From: Lachnospiraceae bacterium
Lineage (GTDB): Bacteria > Bacillota > Clostridia > Lachnospirales > Lachnospiraceae
Assembly: GCA_022483465.1 (NCBI GenBank)
Contig: JAKVNF010000004.1
Span: 307,713-371,712 of the forward strand
Length of the DNA stretch: 64,000 bases
Direction: 5' to 3'
Shown here: one piece after another, positions 55,341 through 63,075 of the stretch
How positions within the stretch are numbered: the first letter of the stretch is position 1
Layout: each line of letters begins with the position of its first letter
The notes under the pieces: model-generated
Told to the model about the DNA's origin: nothing
The model's input: only the letters and a program-made list of their open reading frames with translations
The model's database searches: none
Translations under genes and position numbers: made by a program

Positions 55341-56195
55341 TGACACACCCTTATCCTTCTTTGGCATAGGAGGAGCAGCAATGGTGATCAGCACAAAACA
55401 GCGGAGCTTCCCACGGATTTTCTTGCACTGAATCGCACAATAGCAGGGGCGGAAAACAGGAACAGCATTATTGGTTTCGCTGTATGTACGCACTGCCGTA
55501 TCTTCCACCTCTGGGTGTTCCATATAATCCAGCAGTGCGTTGTATTCGTCGATCAGATATTGATCATCCTTCGGGACCAGCAATGGCATCGGGTCAAGTC
55601 CATCTATATGAACCACAAGACGCTCTGTTTCCTTATCGACTTTGAGAACGATAATGCGATTGATTTCTTTCGCCCGCATTACAGGCAGATCGCCGCGCTT
55701 ATAGAAGTGGATATTCTTCCCATTGGAGTACAGGACTTTTTGAATGCCCTGCCAGATATTATCCGCACTGGTAGCAGCAAGAACAGAAGGAATCTTGTGG
55801 CCTTTTGCCGCTTCCTGCATTAATTTCTGAACCTCAGATTTTGAGATCAGAAATTGATGCTGCATTGCGGCCATCTGATTGGCAGTATGCTTTCTAGCCT
55901 CATCCAGCTGCTGATACGCATCGGATTCGGGATCCAGCTTGGCAAGATGCTGCTTCTTCCATAGGTAGTCTTTCTGAAGAGCACGATATTTCCGTGTACG
56001 CTTGAGCTGATCAATCCGTTTGCGCATGATGGCTATCGTTTCATTATCAGCTCTGCGCAGGGTATCGTTTTTGGAGAAAGTATGCCGTTTGTTGTCTTCA
56101 TCTATGTCTGCCTCCAATGCGATAACATGGCGAGGGCATAAAAGCCGATAAGCAGTACGATTCTCATTTTCCGGTCTGAAACGCTTGAATCCCAT
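55341..56195 (-). pseudogene. tnpB: TnpB-like nuclease, N-terminal fragment (285 aa; WED/REC-like region)
   Basis: The ORF from the ATG at 56195 is genuine up to ...ITIAAPPMPKKDKGVS at the IS junction. The remaining 63 codons of the tracked ORF (down to 55149) are read-through into the IS. Confidence 0.6.
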
Positions 56196-56338
56196 ATGCC
56201 GTCCTCCTGATAGAAAGGAGCTGTCTTGCTTGTTGCATTACAAATATGTCGGATTATTTTGAAGTTAAGAACACTTTTTCAAAAGGCGTTAGTAAAGATC
56301 CGGGGTGATAAGCGATGTAAAAATTTGTAGGAACATAT

Positions 56339-57294
56339 TTATACAGCAAGTAAATTCAGTTCCTTGACATCATCACAGTGATGCACTCTCTTCGGATCAC
56401 GCACCAGGAAGAGCTTCTCTGCAAGCTCATCCACCGACATCCTCATCCGGTATGCCGCACGGAATACCATGTTGTAGCGGTTCAGGTACTTGGTAGCCAC
56501 ACCGCGGTAGTCGTAGTAGCGGTTCTTGATGAAGCTGTGCAGATTGTTACAGCTTCGGATATACGTTCAGTTCCGTCCGTAAGGAAGAGGGTCCCCTTCT
56601 TAACATGACCTGTGTAGATGACGACGACATCCTCTGTGGAAGGTCTTGCACAGTTCTCTGACTTTACAACCAGATCGCCGCTTTTGCGCTGAACTGCAGT
56701 GCAGGTGCAGATCTGCTCGTCAGAAAAGCCGCGCTTAGATGCCGGAGTACCGTGCTTACGGGGCTTTCTCTTGGCGTCGGGCCCGAATTTTGTCCCTTTC
56801 TCCGACTCTGGTACGTAGGTTTCATCAGCCTCGACAACTTCCTCGACCATTGCAGGACTGACCTCCTGAAGATCCTCAATCGCCAGCATGATCTTATGCC
56901 TCATAAAGAAGAGGCTGGTATGGCTGATCCGGATATGCTGAAGATCAAGTCCATCTCTTGTGTCATCATGGGATACGCCCATAAGCGTGTCAGCAAGGAC
57001 GGTCTTCCAGACATCACTGCTGTAATGTGAGCCAGACAGAAGTGTGTTACTTGCTGTAACAAACGACTTTCCGCATGCCCGGCACAGAAATGTCTGCTTG
57101 CCATGCTTGTGACCGTTCCTAACAACATGTGAACTGGTATGGCAGACCGGACATTCCATCCGGGGAACGATCTTCACCGAAGAAGCAAACGCCTTCTCAT
57201 GGTTCAAACGGTCCATGATCTTGTTAACGGGAATCTTAAGATCCGAATCGGAGAGGTTGTTTCCTGCAGCCAGTATGCATTCGATGTTACCCAT
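56339..57294 (-). pseudogene. IS1595-family (ISXO2-like) transposase, internally deleted and frameshifted
   Basis: An N-terminal zinc ribbon (CPVCHTSSHVVRNGHKHGKQTFLCRACGKSF) and DDE region run up to ...LFLTDG. The conserved C-terminus NNLHSFIKNRYYDYRGVATKYLNRYNMVFRAAY... follows in a different frame (stop at 56339-56341), with the intervening conserved block missing. Confidence 0.7.
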
Positions 57295-57485
57295 AGTCGT
57301 GTCCTCCTGACACGACTATTATAGGTCAAGTCCTAAAAGGGCGTTGTACATTCAAATGTACAAATCCGGAAAAACTTTTGGGATCGCTAATTCCTTAACT
57401 TCCAGCGGGGTGATGACTTTACAAAGCGGCCCAGAGGCAATTCCAACGTTTTGCCTCTGGGCCGTACTTTTTCATTTTTGGAGCT

Positions 57486-57698
57486 TCAACCCTGGATGAA
57501 TGCAAGGACCTCTTCGTAAGTTTTCGTACTTTTCTTCATCGCCGTGGAGATCGCTTTCAGTGCTTTCTGCTCTTTCTTCCTCTGGAGCTCCTTCAGCCTT
57601 TTCTGCTCATCATCGTATTTCGCCTTTACTTTATCAACCGCGTCTTGCTGCTTTCTGATTGCTTCATCGATCTGGGCAAATGAACTCTGTTCTTCCAT
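57486..57698 (-). CDS. Small (70 aa) charged coiled-coil protein encoded inside the IS, downstream of the transposase
   Basis: ORF MEEQSSFAQIDEAIRKQQDAVDKVKAKYDDEQKRLKELQRKKEQKALK... starts 17 nt after the transposase stop. A 14-bp-stem hairpin (57429-57466) follows it. Confidence 0.5.
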   Translation of the reverse strand: MEEQSSFAQIDEAIRKQQDAVDKVKAKYDDEQKRLKELQRKKEQKALKAISTAMKKSTKTYEEVLAFIQG

Positions 57699-57715
57699 TG
57701 CGTAAACCTCCTCTT

Positions 57716-59428
57716 CTATTCCTCACTGCTCTCTGCAGCGGTCTGATCGTATTTCTCAAACTGATCGGCAAGCTTCTCTGCTTCCCGCTTCACAGTTCCG
57801 CTATTCATGCCAAACGCGGAAAGGATCATTTTCTGATTTTTCGTAACTGCGTAATCCATGTGATATCGGCCATCTGTGAGTTTCGTCATCTGAATCATTT
57901 CCAGCTCGGCAAGCGCACCAGGCACTGTCATGAAATTCGGGTCATCCCCATTCTTATCCTTTTGGTCTTTCAGAAGACTGTAGATTTCACTGCGGACCGT
58001 CAGTGCGAGGAATTCAATAAAAATCTTGGATGATGCGGATCCTGTCGATGCCACCCGTATCGTCGCATCCCCAAGAAAGCTCTTGTCACTTCCAAAGAGT
58101 TTTTCCGATGCATCACGGCTTTTGTAAATCCTGTAAGCAGTCACTGCATCCATTTCCTCTGACGTGATGATTGCGAAGTATCCACACGTTTTCAGCTCTG
58201 CTTCAATGACATCTGTTTTCTCCACTGCAGTCACAAAGACCTCCGGGTCTTTTGGATCCATTATGATGTCGAAGTAATTCTCATAATCCTTCGGAATCGT
58301 CACTTTCTTTCCTGTGAGCTTTTTCAGCTTTTCCCCGATTTCGGAAATTTTGTCCTCCAGAGTCTTGCGCTCTACGTGCTCCTTGAACGTGGAGTGATAC
58401 AGATGGAAATACCTCTCACGGTCCGCAAGATCAGCCTTTTCCGTCATGCCATAGACTCCACTGTTGTTGATCTTGCAATCCCGCTTTTCTTCAAACAGCC
58501 CGCGGTGCTCCAGAATCATTTTGCTGATCAGATCCTTTTGACCCTTGCACATGATTATGAAGCTCAAACCGTTTTTATCCAGATACCGCAGATTGTCTTC
58601 TGAGAAATATCCCCGATCTATGATGAACGTCGCTTTGCTATACCCATAGCCTTTTGCCTTACCAACGATGTACGCAAGCTGAGAAACATCCGGTATACTG
58701 CCGGGATACCATTCATAGAACAATGGCATCCTGTTATCCAGATCGTATCCAATCGCATAATTGAAGATCTTTCCTTTTACGCCATCCTTGGAATGCCCCG
58801 GTTCCGCCGTTTCGATATCTCCGGACTGACAGTGCTTGTTCGTCGAATCATAGGATATATTCACCTTCTGATTGTGATCTCTGTCTGCATTCCAGTCATT
58901 TAAGAATCCCTGGATCTGTTCATCCGTGATGGAACCGAGCAGATTCGAAATCGACGAATCACTGTACCGATGCATGCTGTCCGTAAACAGCGGATGGTTG
59001 AATGTGTAGATGGGATAATACAGTGCCTTGTTATCCTCTGTGACGATGGAGTATGCCATCAGATCCATGATCTTTCCGGCATCTTTTGCTTCGAAATGCT
59101 GGAGCAGTTTTTTCTTCATTTTGAGTTTTTCCATCACCTTCTGGATGATCAGAAACGCCCCAAAGTTGATTGTTACCGACCTCGTCGGATCCACCTCTTC
59201 CGGCGGATATGCCAGATCCGGGAAATAGATCATGAAGTTCTCGTTGGGGTACATCTTGTCCAACTGATCCTTTACCCGTTTTCCGATAATCTTGTGCTTC
59301 GACAGTGTATACTTTTTGTCTTTATCGTATTTTCGTTCCTCGGCGTATCGAACGTACTCAGTCCCGTTTTTAGAAAGATACGTAATGCCCTTAACGTCCG
59401 GAATGCCCACCGGCGTCGTGAGATACAT
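57716..59428 (-). CDS. IS1634/IS4-like DDE transposase (570 aa)
   Basis: The N-terminus GITYLSKNGTEYVRYAEERKYDKDKKYTLSKHKIIGK and the DDE blocks (ISYDSTN, IIDRGYFSEDN) parallel the other IS1634-like proteins in the window. Confidence 0.8.
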   Translation of the reverse strand: MYLTTPVGIPDVKGITYLSKNGTEYVRYAEERKYDKDKKYTLSKHKIIGKRVKDQLDKMYPNENFMIYFPDLAYPPEEVDPTRSVTINFGAFLIIQKVMEKLKMKKKLLQHFEAKDAGKIMDLMAYSIVTEDNKALYYPIYTFNHPLFTDSMHRYSDSSISNLLGSITDEQIQGFLNDWNADRDHNQKVNISYDSTNKHCQSGDIETAEPGHSKDGVKGKIFNYAIGYDLDNRMPLFYEWYPGSIPDVSQLAYIVGKAKGYGYSKATFIIDRGYFSEDNLRYLDKNGLSFIIMCKGQKDLISKMILEHRGLFEEKRDCKINNSGVYGMTEKADLADRERYFHLYHSTFKEHVERKTLEDKISEIGEKLKKLTGKKVTIPKDYENYFDIIMDPKDPEVFVTAVEKTDVIEAELKTCGYFAIITSEEMDAVTAYRIYKSRDASEKLFGSDKSFLGDATIRVASTGSASSKIFIEFLALTVRSEIYSLLKDQKDKNGDDPNFMTVPGALAELEMIQMTKLTDGRYHMDYAVTKNQKMILSAFGMNSGTVKREAEKLADQFEKYDQTAAESSEE

Positions 59429-59739
59429 GAATCGTCCTCCCTTCCGAAATACGAGTTATACTTTCTCACTCGTATTGTCTCACTTTTTCGTCCTAAAAGC
59501 AAGCATAGAAAAAGCCGCAAACCGTTATTTTTCAACGTTTTGCGGCTCTCGCTATTTGACTCTCACTGGATTCGAGTGAGAAGATTATTGGAAGTTCAGG
59601 TAATTATCAACCCGTTTCTTTATTAACGTCTTTTCAAAATTTCTTCATTTTGCGGGCGGCTTACCGGGGCAAGCCCCGGGGCTTGAACCCGCCGCTCGCA
59701 TTTTATGTCACAAAAACTGCCGACTGGCGGGAGGATGGG

Positions 59740-60732
59740 ATGGCGCGCAGAAAAATCACACTGGAAGAACTGCTCCGGGCAAAGCAGAAAGAGCCCTATG
59801 AGGACCAGGCAGCCTTCATCCTCGCCAGGGTCGGCGAAAAAAGACTCATTCCCATCCCCCGTTCCGGAACCAACGGCAAAAAGCCGGCGCTCTGCCTGCG
59901 ATACTGGGAGGTACTTCCGGAAACCGATCGACAGGATCTTCGGGAAGAGCTCCTCTACCAAACCGTGCCGGGAATCCGGGTGGACTACTATCTCTCCCAC
60001 CTCGAGGTCTACGAAAAGGAGCGGGCGGACGTGCGCCGCCTTGACGCCTGGCTGCGAGAGCAGAAAAACCAGGCCCCGCTCCCGATCTCGGTCAACGAGC
60101 GGAGCTTTGCAATCTTCGGGCGGGAGAAATTTCTCTCCCAGGGCGGCGGAAAGACACTCCTTGCCCACTGCGGAATCGACCCCGACCTCCTGCACATGAT
60201 CCGAACTGCGGAACCGTTTGCCGCCTATGCCGGGGACCGCACGGTTCCCCAAAATGCGCTGATCCTCGAGAACAAGGACCCCTTCTGCGGCATGCGCACC
60301 CACCTGCTCCAGGGACACCGGAACATCCTCGGCGTCCCCGTGGGAACGCTCCTCTACGGGGCTGGAAAGCGGGTCGTTGCAAGTTTTCAGGACTTTGATA
60401 TCAGCGCAGAGCCCTATCTTAAGGATCCCCGAAACCAGCTTCTCTACTTCGGCGACCTCGACTGGGAGGGGATCCTGATCTATGAGACCCTGGCAAAGTC
60501 CTTTCAGGAGGCAGCCGACAGGCTGATCCGCCCCTTTGTCCCCGCCTACCTGGCGATGCTGAAAAAGGCAGCAGTGGTTCCCTCTCTCCCCGAGACAAAG
60601 GAGGGACAGATGCGCCGGGAGAGCGGCCTCTTCTTCTCTTTCTTTCAGGAGGAGGACAGGGCGAAGATGACCGACATCCTGAATGCGGGGCGCTATATTC
60701 CACAGGAGATTCTGAACGGGAGCGACTACTGA
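59740..60732 (+). CDS. jetD: JetD/MksG-like Toprim nuclease subunit (DUF2220-type), first gene of a Wadjet-like operon
   Basis: The start was refined to MARRKITLEE (ATG 59740, RBS GGGAGGA). The C-terminal half has the topo-VI/Toprim pattern of DUF2220: ALILENKDPF (catalytic Glu), then GAGKRV and YFGDLDWEGILIY (DxD). It is about 330 aa, somewhat shorter than typical JetD. Confidence 0.65.
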   Translation: MARRKITLEELLRAKQKEPYEDQAAFILARVGEKRLIPIPRSGTNGKKPALCLRYWEVLPETDRQDLREELLYQTVPGIRVDYYLSHLEVYEKERADVRRLDAWLREQKNQAPLPISVNERSFAIFGREKFLSQGGGKTLLAHCGIDPDLLHMIRTAEPFAAYAGDRTVPQNALILENKDPFCGMRTHLLQGHRNILGVPVGTLLYGAGKRVVASFQDFDISAEPYLKDPRNQLLYFGDLDWEGILIYETLAKSFQEAADRLIRPFVPAYLAMLKKAAVVPSLPETKEGQMRRESGLFFSFFQEEDRAKMTDILNAGRYIPQEILNGSDY

Positions 60733-60733
60733 C

Positions 60734-62350
60734 ATGAAATATGACTTTCTGAAAAACTTTCCGGAGCGCATGAAGCGGGTCGGTCTCTACGCCCTGCTGA
60801 TGACAAACAGCGCCCAGAAATTTACCTGGAAGGACTTTGGCATCGAGAGCAGTGACCAGCAGCTCGTTCTGCTCTTTGCCATTCTGCTGTTCCTGATGGA
60901 ACAGTCCCTGAAAGAGGAGCCCTGCACGATGGACGACGTCGCGACCTTTGTGATGGGGCTGAACGATACCTCTCTCCACCTTCCACTCTCCAACGAGGAG
61001 AGCTATAACCTCTCCTCCTTCGTCGTGAACACGATTCTCTCCAATGACGGCAGTCCCATGTTCTTCCAGGGCTTTGACTTTGCGAAAAATGAGACGGTGC
61101 CGATCCGGATCAGCTACATCGCAAACCGCATCATCTACACCGACGCTGGTGAGCGCCGCACCTCCTACTACCTGACCGACGACGGCTACAACCTGCTCCT
61201 GGGAACCCTGGAGGTGGAGAACAACTTAAAGCTCTCGATCCACGAGATGATCTTTCAACTCCACCTGGAGAAACAGAGCTACGACAAGGCCCTGGACGAC
61301 GTTCGAAACATCTTCAACCTGATGCGCATCCAGGTACAGAAGATCCAGGAGGCCATGGTCCGCATCAAGCGCAACGCCCTGGACTATGAGATCGCAGAGT
61401 ATCGGAAGATTCTGGAGGAGGACCTGGACACCATCGACTCCACGAAGCAGAAGTTCGAGGGGTACCGGAAGAATGTCCAGGCCAGAGAGCAGGAGTTTCG
61501 GAGCATGGATGCGGTCCATTTCACAAAGGCCGAGGAGGACAAGCTCCGGGACCTGCAGGAGATCGAGAGCTATCTCTCCCGGGCTATCGACGAGTACCAG
61601 CGAATTCTCAGCAGCCATTTCGATATGCGCGCCCTCTACGACAGCGAACTCGAGAAGATCTCCGACATGGCTGCCGTGCAGCGCTTTCCGCTGCGGAGCG
61701 CTCTCTTCGAGAAGGTTCTGAACGACCCGGGCATTCTGGAAGACCTCGACCACGTCCTGTTTCCCCTGTTTGTCAAGGACCCGGAGCGGATGTTCAATAT
61801 CAACCGGGCGCTGGAGCCCCAGTCCGTCCTCGAGGAGGAACAGGAGGAGGGGGAGGCGGACACCGACGTCTTTGATGAGGAGGCATGGAAGCGGGAACAG
61901 GAAGAGGCACACCGAAAGAAGATGGCGCTCTATGAGAACTGCCTGACTCTGTTCTTTGACCTGCTGCAGGAGACGGGGCGGGTGACACTCCATGATATCT
62001 GGAAAAGGGCGCAGGAAGATACATCTCTCCTCGACATCCTGATCCCCACGCCGGAGATCTTCAAGGAGATCATGGTGGAACTCCTAAAGAGCGAGACGCT
62101 CGACATCGACGCCCTGGAGAAGGAGCGCGCTATGTACATTCAAGAGGAGAGCGGCAGCTTTGAGCTCTCCCTGATGGTGCTCCAGATTCTGGAGAAACAC
62201 CCTGACTGGAACCGCATCCACCAGGTAGAGATCTACCGGCTGGACCAGTACACCCCGGTCGTTTTCTATGATCTGCAGACGCCGGAGGGCCCTCGGACCA
62301 TCCGCTGCACCAATGTATGCCTAAAGCTTTCTGGAGGAAAGGAATCATGA
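60734..62350 (+). CDS. Kleisin-like subunit candidate (JetA/MksF position), 538 aa, largely helical with an acidic linker
   Basis: The assignment rests on position and size within the four-gene SMC-type operon and on the long coiled or helical central region. The start is 1 nt after the upstream stop. No specific motif was recognised by eye. Confidence 0.45.
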   Translation: MKYDFLKNFPERMKRVGLYALLMTNSAQKFTWKDFGIESSDQQLVLLFAILLFLMEQSLKEEPCTMDDVATFVMGLNDTSLHLPLSNEESYNLSSFVVNTILSNDGSPMFFQGFDFAKNETVPIRISYIANRIIYTDAGERRTSYYLTDDGYNLLLGTLEVENNLKLSIHEMIFQLHLEKQSYDKALDDVRNIFNLMRIQVQKIQEAMVRIKRNALDYEIAEYRKILEEDLDTIDSTKQKFEGYRKNVQAREQEFRSMDAVHFTKAEEDKLRDLQEIESYLSRAIDEYQRILSSHFDMRALYDSELEKISDMAAVQRFPLRSALFEKVLNDPGILEDLDHVLFPLFVKDPERMFNINRALEPQSVLEEEQEEGEADTDVFDEEAWKREQEEAHRKKMALYENCLTLFFDLLQETGRVTLHDIWKRAQEDTSLLDILIPTPEIFKEIMVELLKSETLDIDALEKERAMYIQEESGSFELSLMVLQILEKHPDWNRIHQVEIYRLDQYTPVVFYDLQTPEGPRTIRCTNVCLKLSGGKES

Positions 62351-63075
62351 CATTTGAACAGGAAGATGTGACACGGGCGCAGGAGCTCTTTGCCAGCCTT
62401 CTTGCCCGGCACGAGGTCCGGGAGAAGGAAGAGCCGGATCTCTACCGGAGCTATACGGAGCGCGCCGATGTGCAGACGCTGGTGCAGCAGCAGGGCGATG
62501 CCCTGGGGTGCGACATCGAGCGCTATGCAGATGTGATCTACCTCATTCCGCGGGAGGACAACCTGTATCTGGGCTTTTCCCGGCAGGAGCTCAAGAACCG
62601 GCTGTGCAGGAGTCTTGCCAAAACCGCCGACTACGACCTTGCGATGTTCGTGATCTGCGTGCTCCTCGTCGAGTTCTACGATGGGCAGGGCGCCAGTGCC
62701 AAGACAAGGGATTTTCTCCTCGCAGGGGATCTGCAGAACAAGGTCTCCTCCTATCTGCAGGAGGGTGTCGACCGGTACGACAAAAAACAGCAGAGAGAGA
62801 TCGGCATCTCGTTCTCCGGCATGCAGCATGCCTTCGAGGCGCTCAAGTCAGACGACCGGCTCACCCGGAAGAAGACCACAAAGGAGGGCTTTCTCTATGG
62901 GATTCTGCACTTTCTCGAGGACCAGGGGCTTGTCACCTTCATCGACCGGGATGAGATGATTCTCACAACCCCAAAGCTCGACCACTTCATGGACTGGAAC
63001 CTCTTAAACCGCGCAAACTTTGACCGGGTGCGCCGCGCACTCGGCAGGGAGGACGAAATCAATGAGCAGGATTAA
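62347..63075 (+). CDS. JetB/MksE-like (KITE-type) subunit candidate, 242 aa
   Basis: The start was refined to MTFEQEDVTRAQELF, with its ATG overlapping the upstream stop as ATGA. Its size and its position before the SMC-like ATPase match JetB (DUF4194). Similarity was not verified computationally. Confidence 0.45.
   Translation: MTFEQEDVTRAQELFASLLARHEVREKEEPDLYRSYTERADVQTLVQQQGDALGCDIERYADVIYLIPREDNLYLGFSRQELKNRLCRSLAKTADYDLAMFVICVLLVEFYDGQGASAKTRDFLLAGDLQNKVSSYLQEGVDRYDKKQQREIGISFSGMQHAFEALKSDDRLTRKKTTKEGFLYGILHFLEDQGLVTFIDRDEMILTTPKLDHFMDWNLLNRANFDRVRRALGREDEINEQD

Larger units (their letters stand above)
57393..59600 (-). mobile_element. IS1634/IS4-like insertion sequence (about 2.2 kb) with a passenger small ORF
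   Basis: A 12-bp terminal inverted repeat with 1 mismatch (CCTTAACTTCCA at 57393; TGGAAGTTCAGG ending at 59600). It is flanked by the 5-bp direct repeat TAATT (57388-57392 and 59601-59605). Confidence 0.55.

Noticed and set aside
57347-57366. The perfect palindrome TTGTACAT-TCAA-ATGTACAA upstream of the IS1595 transposase pseudogene, considered as an IS terminal repeat or operator.
   Set aside because: No matching copy was found at the other end of the degraded element, so I cannot assign it as an inverted-repeat terminus. It may be a transposase-binding or regulatory site, but the evidence is insufficient.
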